In this document: positions 18,738-29,381 of the stretch, piece after piece
How the letters are laid out: each line of letters begins with the position of its first letter
Position numbering within the stretch: position 1 is the stretch's first letter
Assembly (NCBI GenBank): GCA_964437455.1
Contig: CAYTGG010000001.1
Coordinates: 20,930-84,929 of the forward strand
Direction of reading: 5' to 3'
Origin: Candidatus Woesearchaeota archaeon
Lineage (GTDB): Archaea > Nanobdellota > Nanobdellia > Pacearchaeales > GW2011-AR1
DNA: 64,000 bases
Made by a program: the position numbers and the translations under genes
Notes under the pieces: model-generated
The model's input: the letters and a program-made list of their open reading frames with translations, nothing else
The model's database searches: none
What the model was told of the DNA's origin: nothing

Positions 18738-19796
18738 ATGTTTATTGAAAATATTCTAAACTTTTTTTTAGAAAATAACTCTTCTAGAGACTATATCATT
18801 TCAGCAGGAATATTTCTAGGACTTTTCTTAATTCTTAAGTTTTTTAATTCTTATTTTGTTTATATTCTAAAAAAGATTACCAAAAAATTAAAAACAACTT
18901 GGAAAAATCTTGTTATTGATTTTCTTGAGGCAATTAAATGGCCCTTTTATGCTTATTTAGCATTTTATATTGCTACAGCATACTTAGTATTGTCAGAAAT
19001 TCTTAGTAAGATTCTTTTTTATATATTAATTGTTTTTATTACTTTTTATATTTCTAAAGGAGTAATTAGTATTTCTAATCATTTTTTTGAAAGATATAGA
19101 GAAAAGAAAAAAAGAAAGAATGAAAAGACAAGCGAATCAATGATTAATGTAATGAAATTTATTGTTAAAATTCTTATTTGGACATTTGCTTTATTGATGA
19201 TTCTTTATAATTTTGGAATTCAAATAACTCCTTTAATTGCTGGTTTAGGTGTTGGAGGTATTGCTATTGGTTTAGCATTACAAAATATTCTTAGTGATTT
19301 GTTTTCAGCTTTTGCAATTTATTTTGATAAACCTTTTGAGGAGGGCGATTTTATAATTGTGGGAAATGATATGGGTGTGGTAAAGTATATTGGAATAAAA
19401 TCAACAAGAATTCAAGCATTAGGAGGACAAGAATTAGTTGTTTCTAACAGGGAACTCACATCTATAAGAATTAATAATTATAAAAAGATGAACACAAGAA
19501 GAGTCTTATTTAATTTTGGTGTAGAGTATGGTACTAGCAATAATAAATTAAAAAAAATAAAAAAAATCTTAGAAGAGATTATAAAAAAAGAAGAACATGC
19601 AAATTTAGATAGAGTTCATTTTAAAGAGTTTGGAAATTCAAGTTTGAATTTTGAAGTTGTTTATTATGTTGACTCAAAAGATTATAATGTTTATATGGAT
19701 ACTCAAGAAAAAATTAATCTAAAGATAAAAGAATCTCTAGAGAAAGAGAAAATTAGTTTTGCATTTCCTTCTACGAGTGTTTATATGAAAGATTAA
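18738..19796 (+). CDS. MscS mechanosensitive channel family
   Basis: AGLGVGGIAIGLALQ..L.D....DKPF..GD; AFPS C-terminus. Confidence 0.93.
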   Translation: MFIENILNFFLENNSSRDYIISAGIFLGLFLILKFFNSYFVYILKKITKKLKTTWKNLVIDFLEAIKWPFYAYLAFYIATAYLVLSEILSKILFYILIVFITFYISKGVISISNHFFERYREKKKRKNEKTSESMINVMKFIVKILIWTFALLMILYNFGIQITPLIAGLGVGGIAIGLALQNILSDLFSAFAIYFDKPFEEGDFIIVGNDMGVVKYIGIKSTRIQALGGQELVVSNRELTSIRINNYKKMNTRRVLFNFGVEYGTSNNKLKKIKKILEEIIKKEEHANLDRVHFKEFGNSSLNFEVVYYVDSKDYNVYMDTQEKINLKIKESLEKEKISFAFPSTSVYMKD

Positions 19797-19871
19797 TTTC
19801 TAATAAAATTTACCGAAGAATTTTTAAATAAAGTTTTCTTTTTTAATATAATTAAAAAGAGGATTTAAAAA

Positions 19872-20051
19872 ATGGCTAAAGCTAAAACACCAAAGCAGAT
19901 TGATATAAAGATAAGATCTCTTAAAAAACAGATAACAAAGTTAGAGGGTCAAAAAAAGAGAGCAAAGATAACAAAGAAACCTAAGAAGACAGCAAAGAAA
20001 AAATCTGTAAAGAAAAAAGTAACAAGAAAAGGAACTAAGAAAAGAAGATAA
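19872..20051 (+). CDS. Small, very basic Lys-rich protein (59 aa; below ORF-track cutoff), histone-H1-like tail
   Basis: MAKAKTPKQIDIKIRSLKKQITKLEGQKKRAKITKKPKKTAKKKSVKKKVTRKGTKKRR*; upstream TATA and AGAGGA; T-tract after stop. Confidence 0.8.
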   Translation: MAKAKTPKQIDIKIRSLKKQITKLEGQKKRAKITKKPKKTAKKKSVKKKVTRKGTKKRR

Positions 20052-20134
20052 TCTGACTTTTTTTTGAGTTTTAGATTTTATCTCTTTATAATTTTAATCA
20101 TAAAAATTTTTAAACTCCGATAATTTTGTTTTTT

Positions 20135-20485
20135 ATGGAAGAATGTATTTTTTGTAGAATTGCAAGAGGAGAATTTTCTAATCAAGAAAAGATTTACGAA
20201 AATGATAATTTCTTTTCAATTCCAGACGCTAAGCCTGTTTTAGAAGGACATTCTTTAGTAATTTCAAAAAAACATTTTGAGAACTCTTTAGAATTACCTG
20301 ATTCTTTGGGACCAGATCTTTTAGATTGTATAAAAAATACAGCTTTGATACTAATGAAAAAATTCAATGCAGAAGGATTTAATATAATAAATAATAATTT
20401 TAGAGTTTCTGGACAAATTGTTAATCATGTTCACTTTCATATTATACCAAGAAAAAAAGATGATGGATTTAGAACTGCGGTTTAA
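20135..20485 (+). CDS. HIT family nucleotide hydrolase
   Basis: CIFC, GH.LVI.K.H, GQ.V.HVHFHIIPR. Confidence 0.93.
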   Translation: MEECIFCRIARGEFSNQEKIYENDNFFSIPDAKPVLEGHSLVISKKHFENSLELPDSLGPDLLDCIKNTALILMKKFNAEGFNIINNNFRVSGQIVNHVHFHIIPRKKDDGFRTAV

Positions 20486-20867
20486 TTTTCTTATTTTTAT
20501 AATTAATATAAAGATAGATAAAAGAGGAGAAAAGAATTCCTGTATTATTTATTAGGATATCTGATGTGCTTGGTATTCTGAAAGGAGTAAATATCTGATG
20601 AATTTCATCTAGAATTGAATATATAGTAGAAATAAAGATTACAATTATTACATGTTCTATTCTTATTTCTTTTTTTCCTTTTATAGTTATAAAGAGAAAA
20701 AATGTAAATAGAAAGAAAATGACAAAATGATATATTATAGAGATATCAAAGGTTGAAATTCCAGAACCTTGTGAACTAGAAATACTTGAAAAATAGAATA
20801 TCTCTAGAGCTATTAATAAAGTTATTATTAAAGAAATTTTCCTATTATCTTCTAACTTATTTATCAT
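20469..20867 (-). CDS. VanZ-like membrane protein
   Basis: DEIHQ.F.P.R..S..D...N..G motif. Confidence 0.85.
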   Translation of the reverse strand: MINKLEDNRKISLIITLLIALEIFYFSSISSSQGSGISTFDISIIYHFVIFFLFTFFLFITIKGKKEIRIEHVIIVIFISTIYSILDEIHQIFTPFRIPSTSDILINNTGILFSSFIYLYINYKNKKIKPQF

Positions 20868-21039
20868 TTTAGAAAAATAAAAAAAGGATATTTATAAGGA
20901 TTATTATTTCTAATAGAGAAATTTATAGATATTACTCTCCTATTTTATTATATAAATAAAAAATAAATAATTACTTTTAGAAGAAAAAAGATTTTTGTGT
21001 AGACTTTATGATTAAGATTAAGAAAGAACTAAAACAAAA

Positions 21040-21111
21040 TGGCTGCACTGGGAGTTGAACCCAGGACCCCAAGCTCATGAGACTTGTACTCTACCACTGA
21101 GCTATGCAGCC
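21040..21111 (-). tRNA. tRNA with CAT anticodon (elongator Met or Ile2)
   Basis: CAAGT-CTCATGA-GCTTG arm; G1-C72; lacks initiator GGG/CCC pairs. Confidence 0.9.
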
Positions 21112-21326
21112 AATTCTAGAAGAAGTTTCACATTTAAAAGTTTTAGTGATATTGAATTAAGCAAAATAAATCTTTAAATTAATATAAATTTTTATGATTT
21201 AATGGATAATAATATCATTTATAAGTGTAAATATTAAATTAAGTTGCTTATCTTTCTAAAATTAATAATTTAAAAATCTTCTTCTTTTTACGATAAAATT
21301 AAAAACTAATTTTTCTTTTTACTTTT

Positions 21327-21557
21327 ATGGTTGCAGAAGAATTGGTTAATATAATTCCTATAGAATTAATCAAAGAGATTAGTTTTCTCACTAAAACTCT
21401 TCAAGCAGTAGGAGGAATAATTTTATTATACATAATTTTTGGTGTTATTAATTTATTAATAAATAAGAAAAAGAATAAAGAAATAAGAAGTATTAAAGAG
21501 AGTTTAGAAGAAATAAAAAAAATTCTTAAAAAAATAAGAAATAATAAGAAAATTTAA
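21327..21557 (+). CDS. Hypothetical single-TM protein
   Basis: One TM and a coiled-coil tail; TATA-like element upstream. Confidence 0.65.
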   Translation: MVAEELVNIIPIELIKEISFLTKTLQAVGGIILLYIIFGVINLLINKKKNKEIRSIKESLEEIKKILKKIRNNKKI

Positions 21558-21564
21558 AAAAAGA

Positions 21565-21867
21565 TTATTTTTTGTTTAATGTTATTTCTATTGCAGAGAC
21601 ATTAACTTTTCTTCCTTGTTTGTTATCAAATTCTTCACTGCTTACTTTTATGTCTTTAATCTCTACTTGTTGTTTGTCTAAAAATCTTCTCTTGACAACT
21701 TCAGCAACATCAACAGCTTTATTTATGAACTTTCCTCGAGCTTTTATGACAACTTCATTTCTGTTCTGAACTGTAAACTGTAAAAAAACACTTGTTACAT
21801 AATTCATAAAGGGTTTAGTACCAATAAAAACAATGTTGTCATCTGCTTTTGTAGTTTCTTCTGTCAT
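21565..21867 (-). CDS. albA: Chromatin protein Alba
   Basis: IG.KP.MNYV, KARG..I.KAVDVAE, VS.IEI.L. Confidence 0.96.
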   Translation of the reverse strand: MTEETTKADDNIVFIGTKPFMNYVTSVFLQFTVQNRNEVVIKARGKFINKAVDVAEVVKRRFLDKQQVEIKDIKVSSEEFDNKQGRKVNVSAIEITLNKK

Positions 21868-21868
21868 T

Positions 21869-22060
21869 TTAGCCTCCTTGTTTATTTTTTATCTTTTTTA
21901 GCCTTGCTAAATATCCTGCCATTTGATTTCTCATTTTCTTATTTGGTAGAGTATCTCCTAATATTTCTTTGTTCTTTTCAAAATCTGAAGTGAATTTTAT
22001 ATCTTTATCTAAAAGCATTTCTGCATTCTTTTTTATTGGTTTAGATTTTATTTTTCCCAT
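21869..22060 (-). CDS. rps17e: 30S ribosomal protein eS17
   Basis: MGKIK...F..DFEKNK...KKMRN.MAGY. Confidence 0.93.
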   Translation of the reverse strand: MGKIKSKPIKKNAEMLLDKDIKFTSDFEKNKEILGDTLPNKKMRNQMAGYLARLKKIKNKQGG

Positions 22061-22091
22061 ACTTATAAATTTACTACTCTATTTTTAAAGT

Positions 22092-22943
22092 TTATTGCTT
22101 TATGATTTCTATATCTGATAGTCTTTTTATTGCTTCAATAAGATTCTTTAGCCTTTTTAGAGGTTCTCCTAAGCTCAAAAGAACATATTCTAAATTAAGT
22201 TCTACAGCCTTTTTATTTGCTTTTAATATATCAATTTCACTTATTCTTTTTTTATTTAATGCTACTAAAAGTTTTTCCTTTCCATCTTTTCTTATTCTAA
22301 GAAATAAATCATTTTTACTAAAACTTTCTATATTTAAAGTTTCAATTGATTTCTCCGATAAATAATCTTTTACTCTATTAAAAAATTTATCATTTCTTTT
22401 TTGAGGAATTCTTTTTGTTTTTTTCTTAATTTCTTTTTTTTCTTTTTCCTTATCAAAAATGTTTAAATCTACCTTTTCTTCAATTTTTTTAATTTCTTCT
22501 TCTCTAATTTCCTTTTCTTCTTTAAAATCTGATTCTTTTGTTTTAAAATATCTCCAATAAACTTCTCCTTTTTCATTTTTAAAAGGTAGAGCATAATCTC
22601 TAATCTGTCTTAAAGCAACTTTTATTGCTGGTTCTTGTTCATCATCTTTTAAGACTTTTTCTTTTTGTATTAATAAAAATGCTTCTTTTTCTTTACTCTT
22701 TAAATGTTCTGAGAATCTCTCAAGTAGAAATTCCTGTCCTGAGATTAAATATACTGGAGAACTTCCAACTCTAATATTACTAATTTTTATCTTTTTCTCA
22801 GAAAGTAATTCAGAGAGAAAAGCTGATGCAAATAGAATACTTAGATTCATCTCTTTTGCTACATGAACAGGTAGGCTTGGACCGTTTCTTTTTAGAAAAG
22901 AAAGAATTCTCTCTTTTATTTGTGAAGTTTCTTGAATAACCAT
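22092..22943 (-). CDS. Conserved hypothetical protein with N-terminal winged-helix-like region
   Basis: RILSFLKRNGPSLPVHVAK...LSEL...VGSSPVY; charged linker. Confidence 0.6.
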   Translation of the reverse strand: MVIQETSQIKERILSFLKRNGPSLPVHVAKEMNLSILFASAFLSELLSEKKIKISNIRVGSSPVYLISGQEFLLERFSEHLKSKEKEAFLLIQKEKVLKDDEQEPAIKVALRQIRDYALPFKNEKGEVYWRYFKTKESDFKEEKEIREEEIKKIEEKVDLNIFDKEKEKKEIKKKTKRIPQKRNDKFFNRVKDYLSEKSIETLNIESFSKNDLFLRIRKDGKEKLLVALNKKRISEIDILKANKKAVELNLEYVLLSLGEPLKRLKNLIEAIKRLSDIEIIKQ

Positions 22944-23008
22944 AATAAAAAAAGATTTGTATTAGTTATAAAGATTTTTATAGAGAACTCTTTAATTTTT
23001 ATTAATAT

Positions 23009-23533
23009 TTACGGTTTTATCCATCCAACTTCATAATAAGTTATGTCTCCTTCTTCATCTACAATCGCCAGGAGTAATTTCTTCTTTGTACTATGTGCTA
23101 CTCGATTTTTCGCAGAGAATTCATGCCAAGTAATTTTTTCAGATTCATATTCTGTAAAAACTATCCATCTAGCATGTTCTTTTCCTGGTTTTATTCCTTT
23201 ATCATAAACTCTAAAATCTGCACCAAACTTCAAAGCTGTTTTTACAACATATCCTCTTTCTCTTAAATCTTTAAATACAGAATATTTTATTTGTATTCTT
23301 TTATCTATTCTTTTAATCTTATTAAATAATTCATCTTTTGATAATTCCTTTTTTCCAGAAAATATAACCATCTTTCCTTTCTCAGTTAAATAAATCCCTT
23401 CAGAAAGCATATAATGGATTCTGTTTTCTTGTACTTCTCCAAATCTACTTTTCTCATAAATTGAGTAAGCATTAGAATCATTACTTGTAATTATTCTTCC
23501 ATCTAGATATGCTTTAATTTTTTGTTTTTCCAT
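23009..23533 (-). CDS. endA: tRNA-splicing endonuclease
   Basis: DLRERGY.VKT.LKFGADFRVY, H, RVAHSTKK.LLLA; single-unit 174 aa. Confidence 0.95.
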   Translation of the reverse strand: MEKQKIKAYLDGRIITSNDSNAYSIYEKSRFGEVQENRIHYMLSEGIYLTEKGKMVIFSGKKELSKDELFNKIKRIDKRIQIKYSVFKDLRERGYVVKTALKFGADFRVYDKGIKPGKEHARWIVFTEYESEKITWHEFSAKNRVAHSTKKKLLLAIVDEEGDITYYEVGWIKP

Positions 23534-23737
23534 TTAAAACAAAAGAAAAAGCAATATTTAAAAATATTCTTTCTTAATTTCTTTTATGGGAAACACTAAA
23601 ACAAAGAATTTTAACTCTGTTTTAGAAATAATTCTCTTAAAATTATAAATAAATCTTTAAAAATTTAAGTAAAAAGTATTTTTTAATAAGAGAATTAGGA
23701 GCATAAACAATATAAATTATATTTAGCTGATAGAAAA

Positions 23738-26170
23738 ATGAAAGAATTTAACATAAAAGAAATAGAAGAGAAATGGCAAAAAAAATGGGAAAAAGAGAAG
23801 ATATTCAAAGTAAAAGAGAATAGCAAAAAAAAGAAATTTTATGTTCTTGAAATGTATCCCTATCCTTCTGGAACTGGTTTGCATATGGGTCATGCTTTTA
23901 ATTATACTTTAGGAGATATATATGCAAGATTTAAAAGAATGAAAGGTTTTAATGTTCTTTATCCTATGGGATATGATTCTCTTGGATTGCCTGCTGAAAA
24001 TGCTGCTATAAAGATAGGAAAACATCCTAAAGAAACTACTAACGAGGCAATTAAAAATTATATTAAACAACAAAAAGCATTAGGATTAAGTTATGATTGG
24101 AATAGACTTTTGATGAGTCATGATATAGAATATTACAAATGGAATCAATTTTTCTTTTTGAAGTTCTTAGAAAAAGGTTTGATATATAGAAAAAAAGCTC
24201 CTGTTAATTGGTGTCCAAAATGTAATACAGTTCTTGCTAATGAACAAGTTCAAGGAGGAAGATGCTGGAGACATAGAGATACTGAAATTGAAATTAAACA
24301 TTTAGAACAATGGTTTATTAAAACAACAGATTATGCTGAGGAGCTTTTAAATTGTATAGATGACCTACAATGGCCAGAAAGAATAAAAATTATGCAGAAA
24401 AATTGGATTGGAAAAAGTTATGGAACTGAAATAGATTTTGAGATTAATGGAGAAATAATTCCTATCTTTACAACTCGTCCTGATACTATTTATGGAGTCA
24501 CATTTGTGGTTATTTCTGCTCAACATCAAAGATTAATGGATTTTGTTAGTCCAGAACAAGAAAAAGAAGTTAAAGAATTTCTTAGAAGAATTAAAAGTGT
24601 TTCTGAAAAAGAACAAGATGAATTAAATAAAGAAGGAGTTTTCACAGGAAGTTATGCAATAAATCCTATTACTAAAGATAAAGTTCCTGTTTATGCAGGA
24701 AATTTTGTTGTTGCTGATTATGGAAGCGGAATGGTAATGGCTGTTCCAGCACATGATTCAAGAGATTTTGATTTTGCAAAAAAGTATAATATTCCAATAA
24801 AAGTAGTTGTCTCTCCTTCTTCTCTTAAATTGAATTCTAAGAAAATCTTAAGTGCATATACTGGAGGTGGGAAATTAATAAATTCGAAAGAGTTTAATGG
24901 AGAAAATAATAAAGACGCTATAATAAAAATAACTAAACTTCTAGAAGAAAAAGGTTTAGGAAGAAAGAAAGTCCAATATAAATTAAAAGATTGGCTTATC
25001 TCAAGACAGAGATATTGGGGGACTCCTATTCCTATTATTTATTGTGATAAATGTGGAATTGTTCCTGTTCCTGAAAAAGATTTACCAGTTAAATTACCTA
25101 CAAAAGTTAAGTTTGGAGAGGGAAATCCTCTTGAAACTGCAGAGAATTGGATTAATGTTAAGTGTCCTAAATGTGGAGGAAAAGCAAAGAGAGAAAGAGA
25201 TACAATGGACACTTTCTTTGATTCTAGTTGGTATTATATGAGATATGTTGATAATAAAAATAAAAAAAGATTTTTTGAGAGAAAGAAAATAGATTATTGG
25301 CTTCCTGTTGATCAATATATTGGAGGAGCAGAGCACGCATGTCTTCACCTGCTTTATTCAAGATTCTTTACTAAAGCTTTGAGAGATATGGGAATTGTGA
25401 ATTTTAGTGAACCTTTTACAAAATTATTTAATCAAGGAATGGTTCATGCAGAAGATGGAAAAGTAATGGCAAAATCACTTGGAAATGCTATAGATCCTAT
25501 TAAAGTAGCAGAGAAATTTGGAGTTGATTCTTTAAGATTTTTTATTGTGAGTGTAGCAGGACCTGATAAAGATTTTAATTGGAGTACAAATGGAATTGAG
25601 GGGATCTTTAAGTTCATTAAAAAAGTTATGAATTACTTTGAAAGAGTTAAGATAGGAAAAGCAGATGAAAAAATTGAAAGTAAATTAAATAAAGTTATAA
25701 TGAATGTTAGTGATTATATAGAAAATTTAAAATACAACTTAGCTGTAATAGAGATTAGAGATTTATTTGATTCTCTTCCTGAAGAAACTTCTAAGGAAAT
25801 TCTGGAAAAAAGTTTAAAATTACTTCATCCTTTCTGTCCTCATATAACAGAGGAAAATTGGAAAAAAATTGGAAATAAATCTTTCATTAGTTTAGAGAAA
25901 TGGCCAATAGCAGATGAAAGTAAAATAAATAAGAAATTTGAAATACAAGAGGATGCAATTAAAAAATTGAAATCAGATATAGAGCAGATAAAAAAGATTA
26001 CTGGAAAGACAGAAGCAAAAATTTATGTTTATGTTTTACCTAATGAATTTGAGATTTATAAAAACATAAAAGAAATTAAACTTTTTTTAGTTAATGATCC
26101 TGAGAAATATGATCCTGAGAATAAATCAAAAAAAGTTAAACCTGGAAAACCTGGAATTTATATAGAGTAG
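23738..26170 (+). CDS. leuS: Leucine--tRNA ligase, bacterial type
   Basis: [53 protein letters not shown] variant VMAKS. Confidence 0.96.
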   Translation: MKEFNIKEIEEKWQKKWEKEKIFKVKENSKKKKFYVLEMYPYPSGTGLHMGHAFNYTLGDIYARFKRMKGFNVLYPMGYDSLGLPAENAAIKIGKHPKETTNEAIKNYIKQQKALGLSYDWNRLLMSHDIEYYKWNQFFFLKFLEKGLIYRKKAPVNWCPKCNTVLANEQVQGGRCWRHRDTEIEIKHLEQWFIKTTDYAEELLNCIDDLQWPERIKIMQKNWIGKSYGTEIDFEINGEIIPIFTTRPDTIYGVTFVVISAQHQRLMDFVSPEQEKEVKEFLRRIKSVSEKEQDELNKEGVFTGSYAINPITKDKVPVYAGNFVVADYGSGMVMAVPAHDSRDFDFAKKYNIPIKVVVSPSSLKLNSKKILSAYTGGGKLINSKEFNGENNKDAIIKITKLLEEKGLGRKKVQYKLKDWLISRQRYWGTPIPIIYCDKCGIVPVPEKDLPVKLPTKVKFGEGNPLETAENWINVKCPKCGGKAKRERDTMDTFFDSSWYYMRYVDNKNKKRFFERKKIDYWLPVDQYIGGAEHACLHLLYSRFFTKALRDMGIVNFSEPFTKLFNQGMVHAEDGKVMAKSLGNAIDPIKVAEKFGVDSLRFFIVSVAGPDKDFNWSTNGIEGIFKFIKKVMNYFERVKIGKADEKIESKLNKVIMNVSDYIENLKYNLAVIEIRDLFDSLPEETSKEILEKSLKLLHPFCPHITEENWKKIGNKSFISLEKWPIADESKINKKFEIQEDAIKKLKSDIEQIKKITGKTEAKIYVYVLPNEFEIYKNIKEIKLFLVNDPEKYDPENKSKKVKPGKPGIYIE

Positions 26171-26204
26171 AAATAATTAAATAATTGTTTTTTTTGTGTT
26201 ATAT

Positions 26205-27236
26205 ATGAAAAATCAGGTGATTTCTGAAGATATTACTAAAAAGAATATTAATAGAAAAAGAATAAAAATTATTTTTATTTTTTCTTTAAGTGCAATAATT
26301 TTATTCTTATTCTTATTTCTTCCTAGTAAAGGAAGTTGTGGAGATGGAACTTTAAATGGAAATTGCTCAGAGAATAAACCTTATTTCTGTGAGAATGAAA
26401 TTCTTGTAGAAAATCCTTCTGTATGTGGATGTCCTGAAATCTTAACTTTAAGTCAGAATAAATGTATATTTAAACACTTTACTGGTAGAAAAAAAGTAAC
26501 TTTAGATTATATTTTAAGAGGAGATAAAGGAGAAATTGATTTAACTGTTTATGAAGGTGTAAGAGATTACTTATCTTCTTTATACAAATCTTCTAGTGGA
26601 ATCTCTAGAAAAGATCTTAAACTAGATATAGTCAATGAAGAAAAACAAAGAGATTTACTTATTCCTCTTGTAGTTAAAATACAGAATATAACAAAAAATA
26701 AAGAAGATCAGATGAGAATCGCAGTAAGTCTAGTTCAAAATATTCCTTATGGTTCTTCTAAAGATAATATAACTATAGGTTATTATGAATTGTCTTATAG
26801 GAGATTTCCTTATGAAGTAATTTATGACAATGAAGGAGTATGTGATGAGAAATCGGTATTATTAATCTTCTTGCTTAAAGAATTAGGTTATGATGTTTCT
26901 TTGTTTTATTATCCTAATGAAAATCACGAAGCTGTGGGAATTAAATGTCCCACTGAGTATAGTTTAGGAAATACAAGCTATTGTTTTGTAGAGGCTTCAG
27001 GGCCTTCTATAATATCTAATTCTGAACAGTTTTATTTTGGAGGTTCTAAGTTATCTTCAGATTTTGAATTGATACATTTATTTAATGGAACTTCTTTAAA
27101 CAAAGATTTATATGAATTTAGTGATGCTAAGAATTGGATGAATCTTAATAAAATTCTGGAAGAGAAAGGAGAACTTAATTTTTTTAGATATTACAAACTG
27201 AAAAATATAAAAGAAAAATATGGATTACTCTTCTAA
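26205..27236 (+). CDS. Membrane-anchored transglutaminase-like cysteine-protease domain protein
   Basis: N-terminal TM, Cys-rich module, PYEV...GVCDEKS.LL..LL..LGY...HEAVGI...VE. Confidence 0.7.
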   Translation: MKNQVISEDITKKNINRKRIKIIFIFSLSAIILFLFLFLPSKGSCGDGTLNGNCSENKPYFCENEILVENPSVCGCPEILTLSQNKCIFKHFTGRKKVTLDYILRGDKGEIDLTVYEGVRDYLSSLYKSSSGISRKDLKLDIVNEEKQRDLLIPLVVKIQNITKNKEDQMRIAVSLVQNIPYGSSKDNITIGYYELSYRRFPYEVIYDNEGVCDEKSVLLIFLLKELGYDVSLFYYPNENHEAVGIKCPTEYSLGNTSYCFVEASGPSIISNSEQFYFGGSKLSSDFELIHLFNGTSLNKDLYEFSDAKNWMNLNKILEEKGELNFFRYYKLKNIKEKYGLLF

Positions 27237-28982
27237 AATAGCTTTAATTCTTCTTACTCCAAAACTTGATGATTCCTCTTTTTTAATTTTGAAATGACCT
27301 AATTTCCAAGTGTTTTTTACATGAGGTCCAGAACAAATTTCTTTACTGAAATCTCCTATTGTGTAAACAGATACTTTTTCTCCATATTTACTTTCAAAGA
27401 TTCCTAAAGCTCCAGATTTTTTAGCTTCTTTTAAAGACATTTCTTCTCTTATTACTTCGCAAGACTTTTGAATCTGGGCATTTACTAAATCTTCAATTTT
27501 TTTTAATTCTTCTTTAGTTATTTTTCTAGGAAAAGAAAAATCTAATCTTAATCTTTCTGAAGTTATATTACTTCCTTTTTGTATTATACTTTCATCTTTA
27601 AGTATCAATCTTAAAGCTGCTAAAAGAAGATGAGTTGCTGTATGTAATTTAGTTGTTTTTTCAGAGTCGTCTGCTAATCCTGATTTAAATTTTCCAGCAG
27701 TAGCTGTTCTTGATAAGTTCTGATGATTTATGAGCTCTTTCTGGAATTCTTTCTCGTTAATCTTAATTCCTCTTTCTTTTACTATCTCCTTTGTAATCTC
27801 TATCGGAAATCCATAACTTTGATAAAGTAAGAAAGAATCTTTTCCTGAAATCTCTTTTTTATTTTTTGCTATCTCATTTAAAATATTCATTCCTTTTTCT
27901 AAAGTTTTCTTGAATCTTTCTTCTTCTTTTCTTATTTCTTCTAAAACTCTCTCTTTGTTTTTACTTAAATCTCTATAATCATCATATATTTTAAAAACTG
28001 GTTCTGTTATTTCTATTAGAGAATTTTTTATTCCTAGATATTTTCCATATCTTATGGCTCTTCTTAATAGTCTTCTTAAAATATATCCTTGTTCTGTATT
28101 ACTGGGAACTATTCCGTCAGAGATTATAAAAACAGATGCTTTTATATGATCTGCAATTATTCTAATTGCTTTAGTATCTTCTTTCTTTTTTCCATATCTT
28201 TTTCCAGATAATCTTTCTATCTTTTTTATAATAGGATTCCACATATCTGCATAATAATTATCTTCAAGTCCATTTAATACTGCAACAGTTCTTTCTACTC
28301 CTCCACCAAAATCTACATTTTTCTGCTCTGAAATATTATAATTTCCTTCTTCATCTTTTTTGTATTGCATCAAAACATTATTTCCTATCTCAATCCAATT
28401 TTCATCTTTTATATTAAATTTTTTTGGAGCAGGTTTATTCTTTGATCTCCAATAGAATATCTCAGTGTCAGGACCACACGGTCCTTTTTTTCCTATAGGC
28501 CCCCACCAATTTCCTTTTTTTCCTAAAAGAATAATTCTATCTTTAGAAAATCCAAGATTTTTCCATATATTTACTGATTCAGTATCTTTTGGAATTTCTT
28601 TTTCTCCTTTAAAACAACTAACCGCTAATCTCTCTATTGGAATATTTAATATTTTTGTTAGAAATTCAAAAGTATATTCTATAGCCTCTTTTTTCCAATA
28701 ATCTCCTAATGACCAATTACCAAGCATCTCAAAAAAAGTATGATGATATGTATCTCCTACTTCATCTATATCATTAGTTCTTATACATCTTTGAACATTG
28801 TATAATCTTTTTCCTAGAGGATGTTTTTGTCCTAGTAAGTATGGAACAATAGAATGCATTCCAGCTGAAATAAAAAGCGCAGTAGGATCATTCTCTGGAA
28901 TTAAATTTACATTAGGAATTTCTTTATGATTTCTTAATTTGAAAAAGTTCTTATATTCTTTAATAAGTTCTTTTCTCTTCAT
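27225..28982 (-). CDS. alaS: Alanine--tRNA ligase (short form lacking C-Ala)
   Basis: HHTFFEMLGNWS.GDY, GPCGP, DFG.G.ER, HTATH and C.G.HV editing motifs; ends at GVRRI.A. Confidence 0.95.
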   Translation of the reverse strand: MKRKELIKEYKNFFKLRNHKEIPNVNLIPENDPTALFISAGMHSIVPYLLGQKHPLGKRLYNVQRCIRTNDIDEVGDTYHHTFFEMLGNWSLGDYWKKEAIEYTFEFLTKILNIPIERLAVSCFKGEKEIPKDTESVNIWKNLGFSKDRIILLGKKGNWWGPIGKKGPCGPDTEIFYWRSKNKPAPKKFNIKDENWIEIGNNVLMQYKKDEEGNYNISEQKNVDFGGGVERTVAVLNGLEDNYYADMWNPIIKKIERLSGKRYGKKKEDTKAIRIIADHIKASVFIISDGIVPSNTEQGYILRRLLRRAIRYGKYLGIKNSLIEITEPVFKIYDDYRDLSKNKERVLEEIRKEEERFKKTLEKGMNILNEIAKNKKEISGKDSFLLYQSYGFPIEITKEIVKERGIKINEKEFQKELINHQNLSRTATAGKFKSGLADDSEKTTKLHTATHLLLAALRLILKDESIIQKGSNITSERLRLDFSFPRKITKEELKKIEDLVNAQIQKSCEVIREEMSLKEAKKSGALGIFESKYGEKVSVYTIGDFSKEICSGPHVKNTWKLGHFKIKKEESSSFGVRRIKAILEE

Positions 28983-29045
28983 AATTCTTAATAGATGAAT
29001 ACCTTTTAAATTAATTATGGTTGTTAGAAAAAATTAAGTTAAAAT

Positions 29046-29381
29046 TTATCTACCTAATGATTTTAATCTACTTCTTATCTCCTGAAGTTGAATTTCAATA
29101 TCTTCTTTTGGTTCTTCTTTTTTCTCTTCTTTCTTATTCTCTTTTTTATTCTTCTCTTCAATTTTTGGAAATAGCTTTTCTAATTTTCTTATTCCAATCA
29201 TAATCTCTTTTGTTCTCTTATAGATAATATCTTTTATTCTTAATTCCTCTATTCTTAAATTCTTATATCTCTTAATAGTTTTTATTGTTTCCAATAATTC
29301 CTCTTCAGTTATTAGAATACTTTTTTTTGATTCTATTGTTTCATTATATCCTAATCTTACATGAATTGGACTTTCATTCAT
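29046..29381 (-). CDS. Hypothetical coiled-coil protein
   Basis: Charged helical 111 aa; coupled to upstream gene. Confidence 0.7.
   Translation of the reverse strand: MNESPIHVRLGYNETIESKKSILITEEELLETIKTIKRYKNLRIEELRIKDIIYKRTKEIMIGIRKLEKLFPKIEEKNKKENKKEEKKEEPKEDIEIQLQEIRSRLKSLGR

Noticed and set aside
27225..28982. alaS as a truncated pseudogene
   Set aside because: Catalytic and editing motifs are intact and it ends at a domain boundary, so it is better read as a natural short form.
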